Source: Candidatus Limnocylindrales bacterium (GTDB lineage: Bacteria; Chloroflexota; Limnocylindria; Limnocylindrales; CSP1-4). Taken from it: 43,562 bases of DNA. The stretch spans positions 1 to 43,562 of the forward strand of contig JBBSGX010000001.1 in NCBI GenBank assembly GCA_038253685.1, read 5' to 3'. The first letter of the stretch is position 1, and each line of letters starts with the position of its first letter. The position numbers and the translations under genes are program-made. The notes beneath the pieces were generated by a model. That model worked only from the letters and a program-made list of their open reading frames with translations. It ran no database searches and was not told where the DNA came from. Shown piece after piece: positions 34,711-43,334 of this stretch.

Positions 34711-35361
34711 GTGCCCGAGACCTCCAGCGAGTTCCCCACGCTGCACGTTTCGGATCACCCGGCAGTCCTGCACAAGCTGGCGCTGCTGCGGAGCGAGAGC
34801 ACCGAGCCGAAGAAGTTCCGCGAGCTCGTCCGCGAGATCAGCTGGCTCGTCGGCTACGAGGCCCTCGACGATGCCGGGCTGGACGACATCACGATCCGGA
34901 CACCCCTCGAGGAGACGCAAGGAAAGCGCCTTGCCGACCGGATCGGCCTGATTCCGATCCTGCGCGCCGGCCTGGGCATGGTCGATGCGATGCTCGAGCT
35001 GATGCCGACGGCCCAGGTCTGGCACCTCGGCCTCTTTCGCGATGAGCGCACCCTGCGGCCGGTCGAGTACTACAACCGGCTGCCGGATCAGGCGACGGTC
35101 GATCTCTGCCTGATTCTCGACCCCATGCTCGCGACCGGCGGCTCGGCGACGGCCGCGATCGAGGTACTGAAGGCATGGGGGGCGACGCGCATCAAGCTCA
35201 TCAACCTGATCGCGGCGCCAGAGGGCGTAACTGCCGTCTCCGCGGCCCACCCCGACGTCCCCATCTACACCGCGGCCCTGGACCGGGGCCTGAACGAGCG
35301 CGGCTACATCATGCCGGGGTTGGGGGACGCGGGCGACCGCCAGTTCGGAACGGGGGGCTGA
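34711..35361 (+). CDS. upp: Uracil phosphoribosyltransferase
   Basis: ..DHPAVLHKLALLRSESTEPKKFRELV..ILRAGLGM..LILDPMLATGGSA..YIMPGLGDAGDRQFGT.. is the canonical Upp sequence. GTG start at 34711. Confidence 0.95.
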   Translation: MPETSSEFPTLHVSDHPAVLHKLALLRSESTEPKKFRELVREISWLVGYEALDDAGLDDITIRTPLEETQGKRLADRIGLIPILRAGLGMVDAMLELMPTAQVWHLGLFRDERTLRPVEYYNRLPDQATVDLCLILDPMLATGGSATAAIEVLKAWGATRIKLINLIAAPEGVTAVSAAHPDVPIYTAALDRGLNERGYIMPGLGDAGDRQFGTGG

Positions 35362-35415
35362 GCGCGCCCGCATCCCTGTTTAGCGCGAGGCGGCACCTGC
35401 GCGCGAACTGCGGGG

Positions 35416-35443
35416 TTGACATGTCGGCTGGGGCGTGTACAGT
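35416..35443 (+). promoter_or_regulatory. Sigma-70-type promoter for the ArsR-SRPBCC operon
   Basis: TTGACA (35416-35421), a 16-nt spacer, then TACAGT (35438-43). This is a rare near-consensus pair in a GC-rich context. Confidence 0.5.
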
Positions 35444-35450
35444 ACCGACA

Positions 35451-35462
35451 GGTTATATAACC
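35451..35462. promoter_or_regulatory. Perfect 12-bp AT-rich palindrome GGTTATATAACC, candidate ArsR operator
   Basis: Read directly from the sequence. It lies 8 nt downstream of the -10 element and 15 nt upstream of the ArsR ATG. Confidence 0.5.
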
Positions 35463-35476
35463 AAATAGTGACGGAC

Positions 35477-35842
35477 ATGCAGCAGCCCGATCCCCTCAGC
35501 CAGACGTTCGCCGCCCTTGCCGATCCCACTCGGCGGGCGATCCTGGCCCGCCTCTCCCAGGGCGAGGCATCGGTCAAGGACCTGTCCGAACCCTTCGACA
35601 TGAGTCAGCCCGCCATCTCCAAGCACCTCCGGGTGCTGGAACGGGCCGGGCTCATCGAGCAGGGCCGGCAGGCGCAGTGGCGACCACGACGGCTTCGGGC
35701 GGGACCGCTGCGGGACATCGCGGACTGGGTCAACCAGTACCGCCGCCATTGGGAAGAGAGCTTCGAGCGCCTGGACGAATATCTGCGCGAGATCCAGGAC
35801 AACGAACCTGCGCAGGAGAAGGAGCAGGATCATGGTGATTGA
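35477..35842 (+). CDS. ArsR/SmtB-family transcriptional regulator
   Basis: ..FAALADPTRRAILARLSQGEASVKDLSEPFDMSQPAISKHLRVLERAGLI.. is the ArsR helix-turn-helix. The ATG at 35435 used by the track overlaps the predicted -10 element, so I prefer ATG 35477 (or GTG 35468). Confidence 0.85.
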   Translation: MQQPDPLSQTFAALADPTRRAILARLSQGEASVKDLSEPFDMSQPAISKHLRVLERAGLIEQGRQAQWRPRRLRAGPLRDIADWVNQYRRHWEESFERLDEYLREIQDNEPAQEKEQDHGD

Positions 35843-36323
35843 ACGACTTCGAACCGAGTCCCTGAACGTCTACTCGGACGGCACCGACCTCGTCTACGAG
35901 CGCACCTTCGACGCGCCGCGTGAGGTCGTCTGGAAGGCCTTCATGGATCCCGAGCGGATCCACCGTTGGTGGGGCCCCCATGGCACCACCACGGAGGTTG
36001 TGGAGATGGACGTCCGCGTCGGCGGCAAATGGCGCTACGTCAGCCGCGCACCGGATCGCGAGGACGTGTCGTTCCACGGCGAGTACCTGGAGGTCGAGCC
36101 GCCCGAACGCTTCAAGTGGACCTTCCTCTTCGACGTCGAGGGCGTCGGCGAGCAAGGAGGTCCGGAGACCTTCACCTTCGAGGACGTCGGCGGGAAGACG
36201 AAGCTGACGTCCGTCTCGCATTTCGGCTCCGTCGAGGAGATCGAGGGCGCGATCGCGACCGGCATGCTCGGCGGCGCAGCCGAGACGTGGGATCGCTTCG
36301 CGGCGATGCTGGCCGAAGGCTGA
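35832..36323 (+). CDS. SRPBCC / AHSA1-like domain protein
   Basis: ..ERTFDAPREVVWKAFMDPERIHRWWGP..FHGEYLEVEPPERFKWTF.. It overlaps the ArsR 3' end by 11 nt, which is the classic ArsR-AHSA1 pairing. Confidence 0.8.
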   Translation: MVIERLRTESLNVYSDGTDLVYERTFDAPREVVWKAFMDPERIHRWWGPHGTTTEVVEMDVRVGGKWRYVSRAPDREDVSFHGEYLEVEPPERFKWTFLFDVEGVGEQGGPETFTFEDVGGKTKLTSVSHFGSVEEIEGAIATGMLGGAAETWDRFAAMLAEG

Positions 36324-36334
36324 CTACCCGGAGG

Positions 36335-36366
36335 GCCGGGCAACCCATCGAGGTGGGCTGCCCGGC
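36335..36366. terminator. Imperfect stem-loop followed by TTT, between convergent genes
   Basis: GCCGGGCAACCCA / loop TCGAGG / TGGGCTGCCCGGC, then TTTG. Confidence 0.45.
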
Positions 36367-36388
36367 TTTGCCCGTTCGCTGGCCGCGT

Positions 36389-37007
36389 TCAGTTCGTGGG
36401 CGGAGCGTACGTCAGCGTGACGCTCGGGCTGGTGCCCGAAGGTCGCCCGGATGGGATGTGCTTCAGGCGAGCCGCATAAACGTAGTCGCCGGCGACAGTG
36501 GGCACTACATCCACGACGAGATTGCGGGTCGTCTTCCAGTAGGTGAGCGCGGACGCGCCCGGCAACTGGCGAAGCAGCACGTGGCGATAGGGCGACGTCG
36601 CAGGCAGTTTTGCGACCCCTACCGTCAATCTGAAGTGCGTGACGCCGCCGACGTCCGTGGTCGTTCCCAGCATCGGCACGGAGACCGCGCCGAGCATCGA
36701 GTCATGGATGCTGCAGATGTACGTGAAGTAGCCCGCGGCGGTGCCTGAAGTGGAACGTGCCGCCGCTGCCACTCAGCGGACTGTCGAAGTAAGCGGGCAG
36801 CGAGCTGACGACGTCGTGGCCTCGGCTGGGATTGGTCACGTTGGTCCACGTCACGCTGCCGCCCGGTGCCTGCAAGGCGACGACCGAAGCGTCGTAGGAC
36901 ATGGTCCTGATCGAGACCTGGACGGCGGAGGCGGCGGCAGCCGGAGTCGCGACGAGGGTGAGCGCGAGGGCCGCCACCGCCAAGGCCGGGTGGAGCGAGC
37001 GTTGCAT
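36389..37007 (-). pseudogene. Secreted cupredoxin (plastocyanin/azurin-like) + Ig/FN3-like C-terminal domain, paralogue 1, frame broken near 36746
   Basis: The signal peptide is MQRSLHPALAVAALALTLVATPAAAAS. ..GHDVVSS.. supplies the His ligand, followed by ..GGTFHF and then nonsense. The neighbouring frame continues GTAAGYFTYICSIHDSMLG (Cys-His-Met ligands) and the C-terminal domain ..GDYVYAARL.. Confidence 0.7.
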
Positions 37008-37093
37008 GGTCAGATGCTAGGTGCGGAATCCTCGAGAACGACCTGTGCTCTCGTACGGGGCGACGCCGGACGGATGTCCGGGGAGTCGTCGGC

Positions 37094-37678
37094 TTACGGC
37101 GTCACGTTGACGACGAGGACAGGGCTCCAGCCCGAGTGGGTGCCGTTCGAGGTCCGCCTGACGCGGGTCCGGAAGGTCCATTGCCCCGCGTGGCGGGTCT
37201 TGAAGGTGGTCGTCTGCGTCGTGATCGTCTTCCAGAGCGCGAAGCTGCCGCCGGGCGCGCTGCGCTGGATCACGTAGGCGAGGCCGGCCGGTGCCACGAC
37301 GGTCGCTGCACGGATGCTGAAAGTCGTGGAGCGCGCTCCGCTCGTCGGGACGGAGTGCATCGGGACGTGGATGCTGCCGTGCATCAGGGAGGCCCCGTGG
37401 ATCTGGCAGAAGTAGGGGAAGCTGCCGGCCTGCTTGAACGCCCTGGTGCCGCTGGCGCCGTTGGGGAGGCTGAAGCTCCACAGCGAGAATGGAGCGTCGC
37501 TCGTCACGGTGTGTCCCACGCCGCTGGTGTTGTCCCAGCTCACAGTGTCACCCAACCTGGTCGACGTGCTGGGCGGGTAGTGGATCTGCGTGACCGCGAT
37601 GTGGGTCGTGCTCGCCGCGGCCGATGCCGTCGACAGGAGGAACAACAGAACGGACGCGATGGCCGCACGTCGGAGCAT
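37094..37678 (-). CDS. Secreted cupredoxin + Ig/FN3-like C-terminal domain, paralogue 2 (intact)
   Basis: ATG 37678 follows a GGAGGG Shine-Dalgarno sequence. The signal peptide is MLRRAAIASVLLFLLSTASAAAS. The copper ligands lie in GVGHTVTSD and YFCQIHGASLMHG. The C-terminus ..GQWTFRTRVRRTSNGTHSGWSP.. completes the fold. Confidence 0.8.
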   Translation of the reverse strand: MLRRAAIASVLLFLLSTASAAASTTHIAVTQIHYPPSTSTRLGDTVSWDNTSGVGHTVTSDAPFSLWSFSLPNGASGTRAFKQAGSFPYFCQIHGASLMHGSIHVPMHSVPTSGARSTTFSIRAATVVAPAGLAYVIQRSAPGGSFALWKTITTQTTTFKTRHAGQWTFRTRVRRTSNGTHSGWSPVLVVNVTP

Positions 37679-37794
37679 GATCGAACCCTCCATGCATCTG
37701 TCCGGTCTCCCGCCCGCCGATCGAGCGCCACCCTGGGACAACTGGAGCTAGTCGCAGGAGCGGTCGCTGGTTTCCGCCCTGGGCGGGCGGGCGG

Positions 37795-38279
37795 TCAGAA
37801 CGTGATCGCCACGCCGGGCGTCGGGTTCGACTGGCTGCCGTCGGCCGCTGTGAGCCAGGAGCGGAACGCGTACGTACCGTGGGCCCCCGGGGCATAGGAG
37901 GCGGAGGCCCTGGATCCGCGCAACCTTGACCGGCGCGATGACCGTCCCGTGCATCCCGTCCTGGCGGTGGATGCGGCACACGTACGGGAAGCTACCGGCT
38001 GAGGTGAATCGGAAGGAATACGACTGGCCGTGGTGCATCCCGCCTTGCCCGCCCGGGCTCTGGAAGTAGTTGTGCACCCCTGTCGAGGAGACGTCGTGGG
38101 TCGTGTTGGCGTTCGATGCCACGCTCCATTGCACCGTATCGCCCCGCGCGATCGTCAGGACCGGCGGGGTGGTAGGCACGGCTGTTGTCCATCGTGACCG
38201 ACTGGGTCGCCGCTCCAGCCGTGGCCTGGGACAGGGCAAGAATCAGGATTGCGAGGAGCGCGGTCGAAAGAGCTCTCAC
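37795..38279 (-). pseudogene. Secreted cupredoxin, paralogue 3, with at least two frame breaks (about 38165 and 37905-37925) and a shortened C-terminal domain
   Basis: The signal peptide VRALSTALLAILILALSQATAGA..VTMDNSRAYHP is in frame 1. PVLTIARGDTVQWSV..TTHDVSS..FPYVCRIHRQDGMHGTVIAPVKV is in frame 2. ..ASASYAPGAHGTYAFRSWLTAADGSQSNPTPGVAITF-stop is in frame 3. About 45 aa of the C-terminal domain are missing relative to paralogue 2. Confidence 0.6.
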
Positions 38280-38375
38280 GGCCCGGACGTTACACGAGGC
38301 CGACTCTTACGAGCCGGCCTCTGCAGTTGCTTTGGGTCGAGCCGCGCTCCCACCACCGGCCGCGCGGCTTCACAG

Positions 38376-39491
38376 CTAGTTTCCGCCTTCTGTCACCTGC
38401 ACGGTGCCCTTCTGGAAGCTCGCGCCATTCACATCGCCCGTGATGCCGGTGCGGGCAGCCTGGGCGAGATCGGTGCGGTAGGCGGTCGAGTCGGCTGCCT
38501 TCGTCAGAAGCTTCGCGTCGACCGCGATCTGGTTGGTCTGGGCCCAGGTGGTCGTGGGCATGTCTCCTATGCCGTTGGCTGACGGCCAGACCAGCGTATT
38601 GATCTCGTTCATCATCCAGGCCTGGTGCCCGGCACCGAGTGTGGACCCTGCGTCGGTCACGTACTTCACGCAGTCCGCTGGGTGGTCCCGGCAGTACATC
38701 CAGCCCTGGAACGAGGCTCGCAGGAACTTCGTGGCAATGTCGGTGTTGCCGGCCTTGGCGAGCCACGCAGCGCGTGCCCAGACTGCGTCCTGGAGCATCG
38801 CGGTGCCGACCTGGTTGAAGTCGATGACGTTCAGGTCACCGGGCTGGTAGAGGGCGCCCGTCGTCGGGTTCTTGGCCTCCAGCACCTGGGCGTACTCGTT
38901 GTAGATCATCGCCTCGGCCGTATCGATCTGCTTGTTCAGCAGGAGGGACATGTTGAACGGCTGGATGACCCGCTTGTAGTCCGTGTTCGCCTCGAGCGGC
39001 GGCGTCTGCTTGCGTCCGGCGGCGATGACCTCGTAGTCATTGCCGAAGTCCCAGACGCCGACGTTCTTGCCCTTCCAGTCGGCGGGCGAGTTGATGCCCG
39101 TGGTCTTCCACGACACCTCACGGGTACCCGAGCGCTGAAAGGTCTGGGCGATATCGACGAGATCCGACTGGCTTTTGTCGCGCAGGACCAGCACCTTCGG
39201 CACCCAGGCGATCGTGAACTCAGGGCCGTTCGGGTCGGATCCGACGGTCTGGTTGTCGACCGTCGGGCCGCCTGGAACGAGGTTGACCTTGAGGCCCTGA
39301 GCAGCGTAGTAGCCCTGCCGATCGGCGGCGAAGTAGCCCGCGAACTGCGCCTGCGGCACCCATTGGAGCTGCAGCGAGACAGTGCTGGTGATTGCCACCG
39401 AAGGCACGGCAGTCGGCGTTGCGCCACCACACGCAGCGACCGTCAGACCTGAGACGGCGGCTGCCATCCACAGGCTCCATCGCTTCTTCAT
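38376..39491 (-). CDS. ABC transporter substrate-binding lipoprotein, NMT1/THI5-like (NitT/TauT family)
   Basis: ATG 39491 lies 10 nt after a GAGGAGG Shine-Dalgarno sequence. The lipobox is LTVAACGG. ..LQLQWVPQAQFAGYFAADRQGYY..GL.V.. is the NMT1-like pattern. Confidence 0.85.
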   Translation of the reverse strand: MKKRWSLWMAAAVSGLTVAACGGATPTAVPSVAITSTVSLQLQWVPQAQFAGYFAADRQGYYAAQGLKVNLVPGGPTVDNQTVGSDPNGPEFTIAWVPKVLVLRDKSQSDLVDIAQTFQRSGTREVSWKTTGINSPADWKGKNVGVWDFGNDYEVIAAGRKQTPPLEANTDYKRVIQPFNMSLLLNKQIDTAEAMIYNEYAQVLEAKNPTTGALYQPGDLNVIDFNQVGTAMLQDAVWARAAWLAKAGNTDIATKFLRASFQGWMYCRDHPADCVKYVTDAGSTLGAGHQAWMMNEINTLVWPSANGIGDMPTTTWAQTNQIAVDAKLLTKAADSTAYRTDLAQAARTGITGDVNGASFQKGTVQVTEGGN

Positions 39492-39598
39492 GTTGAACAC
39501 TCCTCCTCATCGAACGTGCGCGGCCGAGCCCTCTTTCCCTTCGAGGCGGACGCCGCGGTCCCTGACCCCGCCACCTTAGCGCACCGCGACGACGCCGC

Positions 39599-40429
39599 TC
39601 AGCCCGGTCCGGACCGCAGCGCCGCGTACCAGGGGATGGCGGCGCGCTCGGTAAATGTGACCGTGACATAGCATGTGATTGCCGCAAGAGATCCCAGTGT
39701 GATCGCCGCCCAGGCAACGTCGTAGCTGCCTCCACTGATGGACGTCAGTACGACCCGGCCCAGCACTTCGCTGGTGCCGCCGTAGAACTCCCCCACGATC
39801 GCTCCGATGAACGCGAGCGTGGTACTGACCTTCAGCGCCGTGAAGAAGAAAGGCAGCATGTTGGGGATGCGTACGCGGCGCAGCACGTCCCACTCGCTCG
39901 ACGCGTACGAGCGCATCAGCTCGACTGCTGCGGGATCAACCTGCACGAGGCCGCGTGTGACGTTGACCGTGATGGGGAAGAACACCAGCAACGCGGCCAT
40001 CATCATCTTGGAGAACGGGTCCAGGACCCCGAACCAATTGTTCAGGATGGGCGCCACAGCAATGAGCGGAAGGGCGCTCGCGCCCACGGCGAGGGGCAGC
40101 AGCAGGTCCCGTGCCGTGGCCCATCGTGCCGCGGCGAAGGCCACCGCCACGCCGCCGAAGGTTCCGATCGCCAGCCCTCCGAGCGCTTCGTACAGCGTCG
40201 CCAGGGCGGAGGTCTCGAGAAGAGTCCGCTCCGTCGACAGCGCGGCGATGATAGCGCTCGGAGGCGGGATCACGTGGCGGCCGGGACCGGCGGTGGTGAG
40301 CTCCCAGAGGACCACGACTGCGGCAATGACCGCGAGCGGCGGCAATGCGCGCAGTGCCGCCGCTGCCAGCCATCCCGCTCGAGGCTCCGGCCCGCGGCCC
40401 GCGGGACGTGCCTGCGCGGCCGCCGTCAT
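39599..40429 (-). CDS. ABC transporter permease (NitT/TauT family)
   Basis: Six-helix BPD-type permease. The start overlaps the ATPase stop (ATGA). Confidence 0.85.
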   Translation of the reverse strand: MTAAAQARPAGRGPEPRAGWLAAAALRALPPLAVIAAVVVLWELTTAGPGRHVIPPPSAIIAALSTERTLLETSALATLYEALGGLAIGTFGGVAVAFAAARWATARDLLLPLAVGASALPLIAVAPILNNWFGVLDPFSKMMMAALLVFFPITVNVTRGLVQVDPAAVELMRSYASSEWDVLRRVRIPNMLPFFFTALKVSTTLAFIGAIVGEFYGGTSEVLGRVVLTSISGGSYDVAWAAITLGSLAAITCYVTVTFTERAAIPWYAALRSGPG

Positions 40430-41352
40430 CCGATCGGCCCTTCGGAACGCTGCCGCGCAGAGGATCCGGCACCGCCGCGAAGGCTTTCCCGGACGGCCGT
40501 GACGAGCTGGAAGTAGCGCTCGCTCTCGCGCGTCTCTTCGTTGCGGGGCTGGGGCAGGTCGATGTCGATGAGGTTCGCGATGCGGCCCGGGCGCGTGCTC
40601 ATGACCACGACCCGAGTCGAGAGGAAGACCGCTTCCGGGATGGAGTGGGTCACGAAGATGATGGTCGTGCCGGTCTGCGCCCAGATTCGGAGCACCTCGG
40701 TGTTCAGGCGCTCGCGGGTCATCTCGTCGAGGGCGCCGAAGGGCTCGTCCATGAGCAGCAGCGCGGGCTGGAACGCGAGGGCTCGGGCGATGGCGACCCG
40801 CTGCTGCATTCCGCCCGACAGCTGGTGCGGGTAGTGGCCCAGGAACCCGCCGAGCTCAACGAGGTCGAGCATCTCGCGCACCCGCCGGTCGCGCTCCGCG
40901 CCCTCGATCTTCATGACCTCGAGCGGGAGGCGGACGTTGGCCTCCACGGAGCGCCAGTCGAACAGCACGGGTGCCTGAAAGACCATTCCGTAGTCGCGGT
41001 CGAGCCGGGCGCGGTGCGCCGCCTTGCCGTTGACGTCGACGCTCCCCGTGGTCGGCTGGATGAGGTCCCCGATGATGCGCAGCAGGGTCGACTTGCCGCA
41101 GCCGGATGGCCCGATGAGCGAAACGAACTCACCGTGGCGGACGTCCAGATCGATCCCCTGGAGCGCGACCGTCTCGCCGCCACCCTGCACGGCGAAAGTC
41201 TTGTCGACCCCGACGAGGTGGACGGCCAGCCCGGGTTTGGCGGTGGCAGCCTGCGCGGCGCCGCCGCTACCCTGGGTCGCGCCGCTGCCCTGGGTCGTGC
41301 CGCCGCGCTTGGCCGTGCCGCTGACCTGGGTCGTGCCGTCCTCCCCGGTCAT
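40426..41352 (-). CDS. ABC transporter ATP-binding protein (NitT/TauT family) with a repeat-containing N-terminal extension
   Basis: Walker A is GPSGCGKST, the signature is LSGGMQQRV and Walker B is LLMDEPFGALD. ATG 41352 overlaps the upstream permease stop. The N-terminal ~45 aa contain 6-aa G/T/Q/S repeats. Confidence 0.9.
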   Translation of the reverse strand: MTGEDGTTQVSGTAKRGGTTQGSGATQGSGGAAQAATAKPGLAVHLVGVDKTFAVQGGGETVALQGIDLDVRHGEFVSLIGPSGCGKSTLLRIIGDLIQPTTGSVDVNGKAAHRARLDRDYGMVFQAPVLFDWRSVEANVRLPLEVMKIEGAERDRRVREMLDLVELGGFLGHYPHQLSGGMQQRVAIARALAFQPALLLMDEPFGALDEMTRERLNTEVLRIWAQTGTTIIFVTHSIPEAVFLSTRVVVMSTRPGRIANLIDIDLPQPRNEETRESERYFQLVTAVRESLRGGAGSSARQRSEGPIG

Positions 41353-42287
41353 ACGGGGACCGCCCGACGGCCGCGCAGGGCGACCACTTCCGCGGCTCGC
41401 ACGACGAGATAGAACGCAATGCCCACGAACGAGGCGATCAGGATCGTCGCCCAGAGCTTCTCCGGGCCCGTGATGTACTGCTGGTTGAAGTTCACGATGG
41501 CCCGCCCAAGCCCCTGGGCCGTCCCGGCCGGATCTTCGCCGATGATCGTGCCCACGATGCTGGCGGTTGCGGCGACCTTGAGCGCGCTGAAGAGGTATGG
41601 CACTGAGGCCGGCAACCGCACCTTCCACAGGATGGACCAGCGGGACGCGGCGTACGAGCGCATCAGCTCGAGTGCGCGCGGATCCGGAGAGCGCAGGCCG
41701 CGCATCTCCGCGATCGTCACGGGAAAGAAGGTGAGATACACGGCGATGATGACCACCGACGTGATGCCGCGCCCGAACCCGACCACGATCAGCGGGGCGA
41801 GCGCCACGATCGGGATCGTCTGGCTTGCGATGACGTAGGGCACGAACGCGCGCTCGGCAAGGACCGAATGCACGAAGATCGCTGCGAGCACGATCCCGAT
41901 CAGCGCGCCCAGGGCAAAGCCGATGGCGGCCTCGCCCCACGTGAAGAGCGCCGCACCTATCAGGAACTGGCCGAGCGTCTGGTCCTGGCCCCGCTGGACC
42001 GGTTGGAAGAGCGCCCCGGCGATGTCCCAGATATGCGGCAACTGGAGGTCCGCGGCCTGGAGCAGGTGGAACGGCGGGTGGTGCTCGTACCCGATCGCGG
42101 TCAGACGCCATGGGTCGCCCGCCAGCCACTTGAAGCCTTCCCACACGATGGCGAGACCGACGAAGAAGACCACGAATGCGAGCAAGCTCCGAAGGAGTGG
42201 CCGCTTTGGGTTGGGCCGTTCGTCGGGCGACAATCCGGGGCCGGCGCCCGCTGGGTTCTGGGCCCCCTGCAATCCGGCCGTGCTCAA
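41349..42287 (-). CDS. ABC transporter permease (NitT/TauT family)
   Basis: BPD-type permease. The track ORF uses a TTG start at 42287 that overlaps the stop of the upstream repeat gene, so the start is uncertain. Confidence 0.8.
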   Translation of the reverse strand: MSTAGLQGAQNPAGAGPGLSPDERPNPKRPLLRSLLAFVVFFVGLAIVWEGFKWLAGDPWRLTAIGYEHHPPFHLLQAADLQLPHIWDIAGALFQPVQRGQDQTLGQFLIGAALFTWGEAAIGFALGALIGIVLAAIFVHSVLAERAFVPYVIASQTIPIVALAPLIVVGFGRGITSVVIIAVYLTFFPVTIAEMRGLRSPDPRALELMRSYAASRWSILWKVRLPASVPYLFSALKVAATASIVGTIIGEDPAGTAQGLGRAIVNFNQQYITGPEKLWATILIASFVGIAFYLVVRAAEVVALRGRRAVPV

Positions 42288-43235
42288 TGCTGGCAGGATG
42301 AGCGGGTTCCGCGGCCGGGTCGCTGGATGCAGGTGTCGACGCCCGGTCCGCCGTTCAGGCTGTCGTTGCCTGCCTGCCCGTCGAGGACGTCGGCGCCGTG
42401 GCCCCCCGACAGCTTGTCATTGCCCGGGCCGCCGCAGATGCCGTCGTTGGCACCCCCGCCGCCGATCGTGTCGCTCCCGCCGAGGCCCAGGATCCCGTCC
42501 GGACCGCCGGTCCCGGTGATGGTGTCTGCGCCGTCCGTCCCCACCAGGTTCACCAGGACGCCGCGGCAGTGGTTGGATCAGCGTTGGAGAAGCAGGGACT
42601 GAACGAAGCGCTGGCGTAGTCCAGGTTGGGCCCGAGCGAGACCGGCGCGGTGCCACCGCAGCTCCCGCTGGTCAACGCCTCGTTGACGAGCGTGTTCTTC
42701 GCGGAGATCGTGCCCAGGTTGTATATGTTTCCGCCATCACCGCCCTGGTTCGACGCGAGGTTCCCACTGATGGTCACGTTGATCAGCAGCACGGTGCCCT
42801 CATTGTCGATGCCGCCTCCCGTGTTGTTTCCGTTACCGCTGACGGTGACGTTCCGGAGCGTGGCCGACCGTCGTTGAACAGGCCGTCTCCCGGGCCCCGT
42901 GGTTCTGGGTAAGCGTGCTGCGCCGGAGCATCAGCTCATCGTGGGCGGTTGTAGATGCCGGCCCCTGCGAAGGTGGATCCCGCCTTGGTCGTCGCCTTCA
43001 ACCGGATGGTGTCGGCGCCGTTGCCTCCAGGACAGCCACCGGAGGCCGCGTCCGTGTTGGCCGCCTGGACGGCTTCCCGCAGCGCGCACCCGATGCCCGT
43101 TCCACTCGTGTCGAACTCATCGGCGTTGGTGGTGACGTCGATGGCGGCCGCGCCTGCCGCGGCGCTCGGCAGGAGCAAGGCGAACAGCACGACAGAGAGG
43201 GCGATGGTGGCCCGCAGGCCCCGGCGGATCGGCAT
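42284..43235 (-). pseudogene. Secreted right-handed beta-helix protein with C-terminal RTX-type (GGxGxD) calcium-binding repeats, fragmented by multiple frame breaks
   Basis: The signal peptide MPIRRGLRATIALSVVLFALLLPSAAAGA is followed by ..GCALREAVQAANTD.. (a CSLREAI-like motif of beta-helix surface proteins). ..NVTVSGNGNNTGGGIDNEGTVLLINVTISGN.. are beta-helix repeats. ..GTDGADTITGTGGPDGILGLGGSDTIGGGGANDGICGGPGNDKLSGGHGAD.. are the RTX repeats. These segments lie in at least four different frame stretches. Confidence 0.65.
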
Positions 43236-43334
43236 CGTTGTCCTCGCGTCTGGGTGACGAGGAAGTCATCGTAGAGTCGGCGTCAACGGCCCGCCCGTCG
43301 AAGTTGTCAGGCCCTCAGGTGACTTCCCGATGGG

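Noticed and set aside
39492-39598. A possible TPP (THI-box) riboswitch upstream of the NMT1/THI5-like binding-protein gene.
   Set aside because: The conserved CUGAGA and ACCUGAUC elements are absent; only a weak ..CGAAGGGAA.. resemblance exists. The spacer is also internal to the operon rather than at its 5' end.
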